NCBI GenBank assembly: GCA_015680685.1
Contig: MNCI01002989.1
Span: forward strand, 331,484-395,483
DNA from: Gnetum montanum
Lineage: Eukaryota > Plantae > Gnetophyta
Direction of reading: 5' to 3'
Length of the DNA: 64,000 bases
The position numbers and the translations under genes are program-made. Every line of letters begins with the position of its first letter. Positions within the stretch are counted from its first letter, which is position 1. Positions 51,801-62,880 of this stretch are shown here, piece by piece. The notes under the pieces are model-generated. The model saw only the letters and a list, made by a program, of their open reading frames with translations, did no database searches and had not been told where the DNA came from.

Positions 51801-54800
51801 TACTAATCATTATTTTACATTGTTTATAGATGGAATGGCAATTTACATTTATGATTTGCAGGTATCATGCACATCTACTTCTTGAACGTCTTTCGTCCTT
51901 AAATCCAGTGGAACACAAGCCTATATGTGATGGCCTGATGAGGTTATATAGTTCTTTTTCATTCAATATCAATTGTTATGTTATGGCCCTGTTGATGATA
52001 TTATGTTTTTGCATGATTGAATTTGAAGTGATGTAAATTTCCAGGTGTATAGAAATGTCAATTTCACGGGCATATTCGACTTTAAAGCCTATGCATTTAT
52101 TGAGCAGTCATCCTTCTCGACATGGAGACTCAAGTGCGCATATAACTGATTTGCCACCAGAAACGTTCCAGATGCTTGCATGCATTGGTCCATATCTTCA
52201 TAGAGATACTATATTGTTACAAAAGGTTATAGTCTTTAGATTCTTGTTTCATCATTTTTGATTCCGCTTTGGTGTAGCTGACCATTGTTTTTTGTGGTTC
52301 AGGTTTGCAGAGTACTGAAGGCTTATTCTTCTTCAGTTTCAGCATCTGTGGCTGGGCATGGTCAAGAGCAAGGTGAAATCCATGATGGTAAAGATTCCCG
52401 CGTCATGTTAAGAGAAGCTCGTCTAAATGTTGAGGAAGCACTTAGCACTTGTTTACTTCCATCATTACAACTAATACCTGCAAACCCTGCTATTGATCTT
52501 GAGATATGGGAAGTTTTGAGTCTTCTGCCCTACGAGGTATGGACTGAGCCGTGCAAAAATATGCTTTAAAAATGTTGAAATCCTGAGTTATGTTATATCA
52601 TGTAAAATGTTGGTTGAGTTCTTGCATAATGTATGTCAATATATTTTATTTACGACTGTATCCTGAAGGGTTTTGGTACTGTGATGTTTTATGTAATTAA
52701 ATGTCAATTTATTCTTAACACTCTGAAGGTACGGTATCGTCTATATGGAGACTGGGAGAGAGAGGATGAACGGAACCCACTGTTATTAGCAGCACGCCTT
52801 ACTGCAAAGGTGAAAGAATTTGTGTATTTGGACGTGGATCTTGTTTCCAGTTTGTTAATTTTTGAAGCATTGACATGCTTTTTTGCAGCTAGATACACGC
52901 AGAATTTTAAAACGGTTGGCAAAAGAAAACTTAAAACAGCTTGGTCGCATGGTTGCTAAAATAGCCCATGCCAATCCAATGACTGTACTACGCACAATAG
53001 TTCATCAGGTGAGCATGTGTGTAGGTGCATCCGTAGATATGCATTTACTGATATGTGTTTTTAAAATGAAATATATTGAGGAACATGGACATTTTGTTAT
53101 ATCACGTTACCTTCATTTATGTACATACTAAAACTTTCAGATTGAAGCTTACAAGGATATGATTGCTCCCGTTGTTGATGCATTCAAGTACTTGACACAG
53201 GTATTTAACTATTTTCTGCATTGATTGTTTGTAATAGTCTTATTTTCCATCTTCTTTCTATCGTTTAGCTCTTTCATTTTCATTTTGTTAAAGAGGGTTT
53301 TAAAGATTTGCATGTTAAGATCACAATAAAGATTTTACTATTAAGGGCTGGCTCATGGGAGACCATTTTCACCTGTAACTACTGAAATGGCCATCTGCTG
53401 TGGGTTATTCTACCGTAGCAAAACACTCTGCAGATTTCAGGGTGCTGTTCTGATTTTGGGAGTGGGTCTTCTTCCTCAAAATTGCAAAATGTGTAAAAAA
53501 TTATAATAGATCAGAAAGTTTTGTTCAAAACATGAATGGGGAATTCAAAAATTGGATGCAGGCTGAAAAAACCAACCCAACCATGACCATATGCTTCTGA
53601 ATGTAAGCCAAGCATTTCTTTACAGCAGAGCTATAATCCACCAAAGCAGTCCAATGTTTATTTATCATTTGACCTGACCCTGATGAACAAATAAAATTTA
53701 ATCTTTGGAAATTTCTCTGATGCTGAATTTCCTGTAAGTTTTCCATTGGAGGGTGACACTTTTCATTCAATTTAATCTTTCTATTTTCATATAAGAAAAT
53801 GCTTCAACTCGATAATGATTTTGACCTTCATAGAATCTATCTATCGTAACGTTGAGAAACTGTAGCATAACTAGAGGAAGCTTTTTAACCACCGAAATGG
53901 CAATCTGGCTTGGGTTACTGGGCTGTAGTACAACCTATTCAGGATTCAGGGTGTTGTCTTTGCCCTTCATAGCTGTTGTTATGTCTTTTCTTCCTTGAAA
54001 TTACCAGTTGTGTATGAAATGATGACATCTATCAGAAAATTCTGTTCAAAGCATGAATGTGAAATTCTTTCTTCGGTATCTTGTTTAAGTTCAAGAAGCT
54101 GTAGCATCAACTGTGTCATTGATGGGGGCTGTCATGGGTTCACCTGAAGGTGGGAGGGTTGTGTGGCCAAGTATGCTAGTGGCCCGGAAGAAACAAACAC
54201 AACTTGACATCTATTTGGGATTCCGAAAGACCTTGAAGGAGGTCTCCCACAAATGGTCATCTAGCCGATCATGAAGATACTCTCCCGGAATTGCAGGGGT
54301 CAGGGTACTCCCTACAAACAAAATACCCTGAAAATGAATTGTACGGAGTGAAGGATGTGACGTAGGGTGCTTGCAGGAAATGAAGCTCCAAGCGTTGGAG
54401 TCTAGATTTTTGCAGTGGGATTGCTGGAACTTGCAGGTGGTTTCGTGCAAAGGCCGAGCTGGAGGATTGGCCATTCTCTCCTCATTTCAGTTAATGCTGG
54501 TTGATGACTCTCATTGGAGTTAGACGGTTCATGTGGTTTAGAAGAACATTTGGTTGATGGATGTTTATGGGGCCCAAAATTGGGAGATGTGGCTACAAGA
54601 ACTGAGGCAGGTAGCGCAAGTGGTCCATGACAAGGAAAGATGGATCCTGATCAGCAACTTTAATTAATGATTATACCCATGGGAGAAAATGGGAGGGGAC
54701 AACGTGGATCCCTTGGGGGGTCTGGAATCCATTGCCTTCTTAAGAGACCATGATCTGGTGGACATGGACATTGAGGGCTACAAATTCATGTGGAGTAATA

Positions 54801-57800
54801 GGAGGAGGGGCAAAGAACGGGTCCAATAATGTATAGACCACGTGTGGATTAGTATGAGGATGGTGATGGGTTCGAGATCCAGGTGTTGGGAAAGGAAAGG
54901 CAAGCCTCAGACCACCGGTTGATCCTATGTCAACTCTTTAGTAGTCAAGAAATGGCCCCTAGAACTTTCTATTTCGAGCAAACGTGGTTGTGCAAGGCAT
55001 GGTTGATATCGATGGTTCAAGACATTTGGCAGGAATATTTGAAAGCCTAGGAATTTAGAGAATTCTTGAAATAGGGACTACAATTGCTTAAACAAAGGAT
55101 ACGGGCCATAGTGTTAGAGGATAAATATAGCTTTAGGGCTTAGCGGACTCAGCTGTAGGCATGTCTTGGGGAGATACAAATGAGGCAGGAAAACGGGGTT
55201 GATTTGATAGTGGAGGAAGATGAAGTGCTAGGGGAGCTGCAGGACTTGGCTCTTGAGGAGGAGAGTTACTTGAGACAACGGGCTCGAATTAATTGGTTGC
55301 AAGATGGGGACCACAATATGCATTTTTTCTTTGCCTCAGCCAAGGGGCATGGGCAAGTGAAGAAAAAACTACAGATTATGTTTGAAGAGGAGGTGCTGGG
55401 AGGGGGCAAGCAGGTGGTGGATGTGATGTAGCAGTACTAGGCAAATGTTTGGCGGCGAAAAGACACATGACTGATCTTCATCCCCATCTAGAAAGTCCTT
55501 GGCGATGCTAAGAACTAGGTACTTAAATAGCCTTTTACAAGACAGGAGTTGGAAATGGCGATGGGTTCCATGAGGGCTAACAAGGTGTCAGGGCTTGATG
55601 GTTGGCCCATTGAATTCTTTCAGAAGCATTATTAGGGGGAATTTGCTAGATGCTTTCAACAGTATGTTGAGGTGGCAGTAAGTTCGCAGGGAGATAAATT
55701 GCTTGCAGATTGTTCTCATACCTAAGGTGCCCAACCCCACTTTACTGGCACACTTCCAGCCTATTGGGGTATGACTGGCACACTTCCAGCCTATTGGGGT
55801 ATGTAATACTCTTTTGAGGCTTTTTACTAAGATGCTTGTCCAATGGCTTACTTCGTTAATGTTGAAGCTAGTGGGGGAGAATCAGGTGGGTTTTGTACAG
55901 GGCTGTTTCCTACAAGATCAGGTAATTCTTTTATAGGAGATTTTGCATTTGATCTAGCACATTGGTTTCCTCAGAATGTGCGTCAAGTTGGATATAACCA
56001 AGGCATACGATACAGTGAGCTGGGAAGCATTGCAGGAGATCATGTTACTTTAAGGATTCATGCCCAAATTCGTCAATCTTTGGATGCATCTGCAATGCTC
56101 GAGAAGAGACTTCTTTGATATTGACGGCAGATTATTGGGGTTTGAGGCCTTGGAAAGGGGGCTATGGCAGGGGGTTTTGCTATCCTCGCTGTAGTTCATC
56201 ATGGTGATGGACACGCTGGAGCACTACTATGCGTTAGAGGAGATGGGAGGATTGGAGGTGGCTGGGGTACATTGCCTTGCTGAGCACTATGCGGATGACA
56301 TAATTCTTTTCTCACGGGTGGGTGTTCCTCAAGCAATAGCGCTTAAGAGGGCTTTGAGCAGATGGTGTAGGAAGTTGGACTTGAAATTAACAAAGCAGAG
56401 TCAACAATCCATCTAGTTAAGGCGGCATAGGTGAAAGGATAGATTTCTCAAGTCCTGGGAATCCTGTTGGGGCCTATTCACAATTCCTATTTAGGAATAT
56501 GTCAGTGTTCAAATGGAATCGTCAGAAGACATGGATGGTGTTGCTATAGAAAGTGTAAAAGAAGGCTGAACACTAGGCTAATAGATTTGTCCAGGAAAGG
56601 AAAGATATTATTAGCCTCTACCTTCCTTATGGCAATGGTGAGGTTCACGGTTTCCATGGCATCCCCCGCTGCAAGGGTAATCCAAAAGATCGACTAGGTT
56701 GTGTCACTTTAGGAGACAAACTTCATCTAGTGTGTTGGGAGAATACGATGAGACCAAGAAATGCTGGTGGCATTGGACTACGACCCTTCATAGATGAGAT
56801 TGTCTGGGAATGCAGAGGCTGGTGAATAGATTGATGGGGTCGGGGTACAAACAGGTGCAGTGGATTAGGATGGTGTGGCAAAAGTATCGGATGTGGGAAG
56901 CAGACATAGGAGGGTTGTGACTTTGGTAGGATCTTTGCAAACATTTGGATAAGATGCGGGATAGAGGCTAGGCAAACCTCCTAAAGAAATAGTCAAAGCC
57001 ATACATACGTTGGTGGCCCGATGGACATCCATATGGAGAGGGCTACTACTTGAGAAGTTGAAGGCTTTTGTGTGGTTGATAGTGCATAGGGTATTGTCAA
57101 TGAGGGGGTTTTTGAGGGCACAAGGGGTAAATATTGCTCCCAATTGCCCTATGTGTGTGGCAGACACAAAAACACTCGATCATTTCATTTACCATTGCCC
57201 TTTTATGAAGGACACTTGGTGGGCAGTTGGGCTGGTGCCACTACTCAGACCAAGTAGAGATTCCAAGGAGATTGTGGTTCTGTGGGCAAGGTGGAAATGT
57301 CGAAATAATCTAATCTTTTGGGAACAATGGCTATTGCCACTGGCATATGCTACTACAGCTGTGATACACCTATGGGCAAAAGCATCATGGAGTATGGGTA
57401 GGGGTATTTTTGCGAATCGGCGGTGAGTGAGTTCAAGGATAATGTTGACCTTTGGTCACTGATTGAAAGGGCTAGGTTGGTTGAGATGCTGGCATGAATT
57501 GAAGGAGAGCCGGGTCTGGCGGATGATTGCTTCTTTGCAAATTGGGAAGGAGAAGAAACTTCGTTTCAGGGGAAGCAGATTCTCTTGACGAAGTCAAGGC
57601 TTGCAAAGGTGCTTGGGGTATTAGCAAAGGGGGAGATCATCCCATTGGTGGTTCATAGCCATGGGTACACTAGAGAATTTTTTCTTGGAGGGATCCCCAA
57701 GACTGCTAGCAGGCTTGTGCCCAAGTTGGCATTGCCATTGCTATGGTACACCGTGGTAGTGCTGATTGACAAAATTCTGGTACAGTCGAGCAGCCTGGAA

Positions 57801-60800
57801 AAGCTGTTGGAGGTTCACTTTACCTTCTCAAGATGCTTGAAACATGAACTGAAGGTAAACGTTCTGTAGTTCTTTCTAGATTCACTAAGGAGTAAACGGC
57901 CAGGTTGGCACCTTGGTTTGATCCTTGCCTTGTGGCATTCAAGGATGATTGTGCTCCTGTGGCAGCTATGGTTGGTGTATGAGCGGTTATGTACTCGGTA
58001 TACTAGGAGGGATAAGGAGTTGACAATAGTGGAGGACCAGCAGACAGGTAAGGGTTTGGAGGAGGGTGCTGGCACCTCGCGAGTGGTGTAGAGGAAGGGG
58101 GAAGAGGTTACGTTGATAACCCTAATTGAGATTGAGGCGTTGGTTGGAAGAGCTTGTAGGGAGATGGCCGAGCTTACACGGGTGGAGGAAAAGGCGGTTT
58201 GAGAAGCTTGATGGATGGCATGGGAGGCTGACCTACAGCAAGCGGTGGATATGGCAGAATGCTCGAGGGTGGAGTTGCAGAACAAGGTGGACAGGAGCAG
58301 GAAAAGGAAGGAGGAGACAACTATGCAGATGTTGCTGGAAGAACTGCAGATTCAGATCTGGGCAGAGCTGGATACTGAAGCTTTGCAGCGGATCACAGAT
58401 GCACTGCTGTGGCAAACCGTGGATTGGGAATGCAAGTGCGTTGGATGGTAGGTCGAGTACCTTCAGTAGGGTGGGGGACCAATTGTCCCCGTCTAGCATG
58501 TATGCTGATTGATGGGGGCAATTTGTTTTACAGGTCTGATTTCAATTGTTTACAGTAGGGCATGGCTTAGGGGTTATTGCTTTACGTGCAGAAGCCTCAG
58601 ACTTACAGGTCTTTTTTAGAGGGATGGGCCTGCCGTTTTTCAGGCCAGGTTTGGGAGGATGTGTCCAGAGGGGTGGGCCTTGGGGGATGGGGGGTCTGGG
58701 GGATGAGGCCTAGTTGACGGCATGCTTCTGCTGCTTGGGAGAGGTGCCAAAGGGGCATGATGATCTTGCTTGTATATAGCCTTTTTTATTTGAGTTAATA
58801 AATCCTTAATTTTACTCAAAAAAAGAAAAAAGAAAAAGAACTGTGTCAATGCAAAACTAGAGGAATTTGTCTGTGGTTCTTACACTGGGTATATTATTAA
58901 TTTTTTTCATAATTTGTCTTCTGCTGCTGAACTCTTCATTAACTCTTGTGGTCTGTCATTTGCATCCTAGTTGATATATGGCTTATTGTTCAGTTTTAAT
59001 CATTCTTTACCCCTCTATTTGTTATATTCTTGTAAACTATTGTATATTAGGCATCGTTACTGGCCATGATAATCAACATGTTATGGTTTCTAGACTCTTC
59101 AAATGAAAATGGGATACGTCAACACCGTCTTGGAAGTTAATTTTGTCAATGATTAAACATTCTGCCGAAAACATTCTAGTTTAAAAGCCTGAAAATGTTT
59201 TTTTAACTGGTTACGACTTTAAGCTGAATGTTTTGCATAATCTATACAAAATTTTTAAAAGAAGTTTGGTTCGAAACTTCTGGAAAACAAATATGCTAAC
59301 CACCAAGCTAACAAAGTGATGAATTGATTAATATTGTTCTCATATTTTATTGTTGTAATGTTTCTTTTAGATTCAATGAGAGTGTTTGTATGGTAATGTC
59401 TCCTATTATAAATTATTTGAATAAAATGCAATGTTTTATTGAAATGTCAAAGTAGGGCTTTAAACAGTGTAGGTTTTTATATTAAAAAGCCTGCATTAGT
59501 TGTAATTACGAAGTTTAATATGTTCCTCGATGTAACAGTACCATGGTCCGTCCTTTTTTCAATTAAAAAAGTTGCAGATTCTAAATATATAATGTTAAGT
59601 TCTTGATGGTGATTTATGATTTTATGGCATTTAGTGATAAAATACTTTTATGAAATATTCTTGAAGGCCTTTTCTATCATAGCATTCACTTGGTGATAAT
59701 TTTTCTGTTTTCTTTTGACAGCTTGAATATGACATCCTTGAGTATGTTGTGATAGAGCGTCTTGTGCAAGGAGGTCGTGAAAAGTTGAAGGATGATGGTC
59801 TTAACTTGTCTGATTGGCTACAATCGCTTGCTTCATTTTGGGGTCATCTGTATGTTCCTTATTGCCTAGTTTTATTTTATTTTAACGAATTTTTAGATGT
59901 TTTCTTAAAAAAATTGTGGGTTGAGCATGGTGGGAATCAAATCCATGAACTCTGCTGAGTGAAGCTGATGTTCTACTGCTGAGCCACTGACTTGCTCCTT
60001 TATTGCCTATTTTATAAGCTGTATGTATAATTGAATGTTTGAAAAAATGTTGATATTTTATTTGTTGTTTTTGCAAGATTGGTATATGTTGGTTTTAAAT
60101 AGTTTTCTCATTGTTTGTCAATCCGTAAGTCTCCCACAGAAATTTCAGTACTTGTATATTCTTACTGTGTCTAATAACAACAATATGGTTATTCTTTTAT
60201 TTCGGGAAGTGAGACAAATTTCTGGTTTTTTAAAAACATGTTATTGAGTATATTTGTGCCTTTTCTTTGAACTCCAGAATATTAGATTCACGATTATTCT
60301 GAATTGATTGTTTATTGATATTAGTTAAATTTATAGAAATGAAGCCACTCACTAATAAAATTGGTTTGAGCTTGCTTTGTTTATTAACATCGTTGAAAAC
60401 TTTCATTATTAAGTTTGCTCCGTTGTTTTATTCGTTTGATGTTGCTTGCCATTTTCCAGATGCTAGAGTTAATTTAACATTCCATGCAATTTTGATAAAC
60501 ATTTTTTGTATCTGATTTATTAAGACACTCATACTTCATGTCTGTTGCCTTGGAAAAGTATTATGAACGAGGCAGGGGTTTTAGAACTGTATGCCTATCC
60601 TTTGCTATAGTAAGGTATCACCAAATTCTACGCCTACCTTAATGGTAAGCTAATTATAGATAGGATAAGGGCACCGTGATGATGATGATGCCGTCAATCC
60701 TTGTCCACTATTCAGGGCACCTTCAATGGAACTAAATAGTTAACAGTGAGATATGGGAGTTAAAAAACTGCATGGTGAACTTAACTTGTTTCAGTGGATA

Positions 60801-62880
60801 TGTTAGGTTGCTAGTAAAATTGATTTATCCATCACTAGAACTCGGGTACTTTTAACTAGTAATTTTTTAGCATTTCGAAGCTGTATTTTGGAACTTCTTA
60901 CTCCGCAATATCTTCAAGATAAAAGCTGATTGTTGGAGCAAGTTTCATGAGTTTGAGTGGTATAAGGAAAAGGAGTTTCATGAACTCATTAACAAGTCCT
61001 TTCTTCTGCTTTACAATGCACTGTATTTTAAAACTTAGGTTGTCTGGTTTCATATGTGTGTTTGAACGATAAAAATGAGTTCCAAATGAGTCCTGGTTTG
61101 ATAATGTTGTTGTAATTAGAATAACCAATAGACTCTTGCTTCTTACAGTAAAAATCCAGCCATCTTCACAACCTATAATGATCTATAAGGTTTTTTGTTT
61201 TTTTTTTGAATATTTTAAACTTAGTGTAGTATTTCAGAATTTAGAAGCTTATATTCATATTTTAGTTTTCCTTTGGTTCTAACAAGAAAAAGCCTAAATG
61301 GCGACAAGTGCAATTAAGCTTATATCTAAGACAACAAAGTGGCTTTGGCTTTTTGAACATTAAATATTGAACTCATTCAATTATGACAGGATTCACTCTA
61401 TCTAATTATTGAAGCATAGGATAATTTGTGGTTTGTTGAATATCTGCAAGTGTAGTTTGGTAGAATGCTTATTTGTTGCATCTAGTTAGTGGATAATAGA
61501 AAGCCCAAAAGTTAATCTATGTACTATAAACTCTAAACAATGACAGTTGCTAGCACTAATTATAATTTCTTGTTTTTAATTTGCTATATCGCTTTAACAA
61601 AGTTATCATAGTGTTAGCTACAATTCCTCTTTTTGTATTTGGTTGAATTCTGATTTCTACGTATCATGTAGATCTAATGTGGTGTACTGTTCTAGTTGTT
61701 GGGAACGGAATATCTGACATTTTTTGGTTGGTTAGGTGTAAAAAATATCCATCGATGGAATTAAGGGGACTTTTCCAGTATCTTGTGAATCAACTGAAAA
61801 GAGGAGAAGGCATTGAACTTGTGCTATTGCAGGTGCACGTACATTTTATTTCTTTGGGGCGTTACTTTCTGACATTCGTGTCTATCTTTGGTGTTTGGCA
61901 AAACGTGATATTTTGTTACCCTGATCCAGGAACTTATACAACAAATGGCAAATGTCCAATATACAGAGAATATGACTGAAGACCAACTTGATGCATTGGC
62001 TGGTGGTGAAGCCCTTCGCTACCAAGCTACATCTTTTGGCATTACCCGAAATAACAAGGTTTTGTTTGCCTTTTTATATGCTTTGTTCTCCCTTTTACAT
62101 GCTGCTTTGTTGGTAAGAAATGTTAGAATATGAGTATATGCGTTTGGGGTGAACTTTATGGTTGGAGCATTCTGCTTATAACCATAATTGGAGGATGGTA
62201 AAAATATAGATTCAGGTTGGTGTCAGATAGACAGGTTATAGAACCTATCGTCCAGGCACGCATGCAAGTTTGATGTGACGAAGTCGGTTTAATTTAGTAC
62301 ATGCATTATTTCCTCAGGAACTTAATATTGTTTTGATTGTATGCGTAACACTATTAAATCATAACCATACTGTGATATTACTGTTCTCAGAATATGTATT
62401 TTAGTTTTTAAAAATTACAATAGAATTTCTTACTGCCGTTTGGGTTTTCTACTGTGTTCTTTGTTGATATATTTTAAATTTCTGTGTTTACATCAGACAT
62501 TAACCAAGTCCACTAACAGACTGAGGGATGCTTTACTTCCTAAAGATGAACCAAAACTGGCACTACCTCTCTTGCTGTTAATAGCACAGCATCGCTCAAT
62601 GTCTGTACAAAATTTCAGTGTTCAGTATTTTTTCTTATTATTGTTCTGTAATAGTTATGTTATGACCAAGTTGAAGTTATATCTTCACGTATGTTTCAGT
62701 GTTGTTATCAAAGCAACTGGATCACATATAAAGATGGTCAGCGAACAATTTGACCGTTGCCATGGGACACTTCTTCAGTATGTTGAGTTTCTGACCAATG
62801 CAGTTACACCTGCCTATGCATACGCAGAGCTTATTCCCACATTAGATGAACTAGTACACAAGTACCATCTTGATCCAGAG
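27718..62880 (+). CDS. THO2: THO complex subunit 2 (THO/TREX), coding exons 1-23; gene continues beyond the window
   Basis: Manual splicing of 23 GT-AG exons gives one open frame of 838 codons with hallmark THOC2 peptides: [134 protein letters not shown]. Confidence 0.96.
28441..28566 (+). CDS. THO2: THO2 exon 2
   Basis: ttttacag | VRGELPLSKCRIALESVEY...HMGQE | gtaagt. Confidence 0.9.
29862..29903 (+). CDS. THO2: THO2 exon 3
   Basis: ctacag | IALPGEFRGRLLEL | gtaggc. Confidence 0.85.
30636..31010. repeat. Old ~190-bp tandem duplication in intron 3
   Basis: Two diverged copies of taatggataa..ttttttgattcaaggatgg.acagttgtggat...attatgtatta.aaactcctagta.ttatg. Confidence 0.8.
33226..33285 (+). 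CDS. THO2: THO2 exon 4
   Basis: caatag | AKWLVDSALVPVRLLQERCE | gtattg. Confidence 0.9.
33382..33444 (+). CDS. THO2: THO2 exon 5
   Basis: ttgcag | AEFLWEAEMIKIKSAELKAKE | gtaagc. Confidence 0.92.
33640..35700 (-). mobile_element. Highly degenerate Ty1/copia remnant in intron 5
   Basis: Copia RNaseH-like GIFLAEKIAFHARIEHINVRH (34870-35163); LTR-like block at ~33640-33900; boundaries uncertain. Confidence 0.55.
42537..42617 (+). CDS. THO2: THO2 exon 6
   Basis: atgcag | [27 protein letters not shown] | gtgtgt. Confidence 0.95.
43006..43080 (+). CDS. THO2: THO2 exon 7
   Basis: tttcag | VTLLCQ...IISAVK | gtgccc. Confidence 0.9.
43179..43226 (+). CDS. THO2: THO2 exon 8
   Basis: ttgcag | [16 protein letters not shown] | gtaagt. 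Confidence 0.95.
43376..43450 (+). other. tRNA-like relic (possible SINE head)
   Basis: A-box-like tagcttagtagt and B-box-like gttttcaattcc at tRNA-like spacing. Confidence 0.3.
43639..48070 (-). mobile_element. Degenerate Ty1/copia retrotransposon in intron 8
   Basis: gag N-terminus (GTENWEIWKILLEDVLF), PR, INT (QNNGVAKR), RT (YKARLVVK, LYGLKQAPRQW, LLYVDH) and RNaseH (KHIDVRYHFI) in copia order. 3' LTR ~43639-43998; partial LTR match 48015-48067 vs 43927-43978. Confidence 0.9.
48623..48691 (+). CDS. THO2: THO2 exon 9
   Basis: gaacag | VLECFELQPENDCFLQLIPMFPK | gtttta. Confidence 0.93.
48839..48972 (+). CDS. THO2: THO2 exon 10
   Basis: taacag | [16 protein letters not shown]...ISLDG | gtaagt. 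Confidence 0.93.
49278..49353 (+). CDS. THO2: THO2 exon 11
   Basis: tttcag | YAHLLPKDELAIEHYEEFTKKRVDD | gtatgt. Confidence 0.92.
49474..49667 (+). CDS. THO2: THO2 exon 12
   Basis: ttgcag | ANKIGKINLAATGKDLM...NQKLGLLKGFLDVND | gtaatg. Confidence 0.94.
50085..50548 (+). mobile_element. Probable LINE 3' fragment in intron 12
   Basis: G-rich island; peptide EEEFKEFQQAVAFVDAE resembles WEADLQQAVDMAE in the 3' extension of the intron-18 LINE; ends in an A-run. Confidence 0.4.
51862..51942 (+). CDS. THO2: THO2 exon 13
   Basis: ttgcag | YHAHLLLERLSSLNPVEHKPICDGLM | gttata. Confidence 0.92.
52045..52225 (+). CDS. THO2: THO2 exon 14
   Basis: ttccag | CIEMSISRAY...GPYLHRDTILLQK | gttata. Confidence 0.92.
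52303..52536 (+). CDS. THO2: THO2 exon 15
   Basis: gttcag | VCRVLKAY...[12 protein letters not shown]...LLPYE | gtatgg. Confidence 0.94.
52729..52809 (+). CDS. THO2: THO2 exon 16
   Basis: ctgaag | VRYRLYGDWEREDERNPLLLAARLTAK | gtgaaa. Confidence 0.93.
52889..53008 (+). CDS. THO2: THO2 exon 17
   Basis: ttgcag | [20 protein letters not shown]...TIVHQ | gtgagc. Confidence 0.95.
53141..53200 (+). CDS. THO2: THO2 exon 18
   Basis: tttcag | IEAYKDMIAPVVDAFKYLTQ | gtattt. Confidence 0.94.
54119..58838 (+). mobile_element. 5'-truncated L1-type LINE in intron 18, sense to THO2
   Basis: APE start MKILSRNCRGQG (54271), RQRARINWLQDGDHN, RT HYADDIILF, zf-RVT KLKAFVW...CPMC..LDHFIYHCPF, AATAAA at 58797, A-rich tail, TSD aactgtgtca at 54109-54118 and 58839-58848. 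Confidence 0.93.
55744..55803 (+). repeat. Perfect 30-bp tandem duplication in the LINE RT
   Basis: actggcacacttccagcctattggggtatg x2. Confidence 0.9.
59722..59849 (+). CDS. THO2: THO2 exon 19
   Basis: tgacag | LEYDILEYVVIERL...SFWGH | gtatgt. Confidence 0.95.
59907..59992 (-). pseudogene. tRNA-derived relic (tRNA pseudogene or SINE)
   Basis: Minus strand gtcagtggctcagcagtagaacatcagcttcactcagcagagttcatggatttgattcccaccatgctc...ttttttt: A box, degenerate B box, oligo-T. Confidence 0.4.
61736..61832 (+). CDS. THO2: THO2 exon 20
   Basis: ggttag | CKKYPSMELRGLFQYLVNQLK...VLLQ | gtgcac. Confidence 0.94.
61930..62058 (+). CDS. THO2: THO2 exon 21
   Basis: atccag | ELIQQMANVQYTEN...ITRNNK | gttttg. 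Confidence 0.94.
62497..62600 (+). CDS. THO2: THO2 exon 22
   Basis: catcag | TLTKSTNRLRDALLP...IAQHRS | gtctgt. Confidence 0.9.
62700..62880 (+). CDS. THO2: THO2 exon 23
   Basis: tttcag | [21 protein letters not shown]...YHLDPE | gtacgc. Confidence 0.93.

Noticed and set aside
60676-60760. Intronic C/D-box snoRNA (GTGATGA)
   Set aside because: Part of a (TGA)n run; no D box or terminal stem found.
62601-62699. Possible U12 intron (unusual donor gtctgt)
   Set aside because: Lacks the GTATCCTT donor and TCCTTAAC branch; a weak U2 donor suffices.
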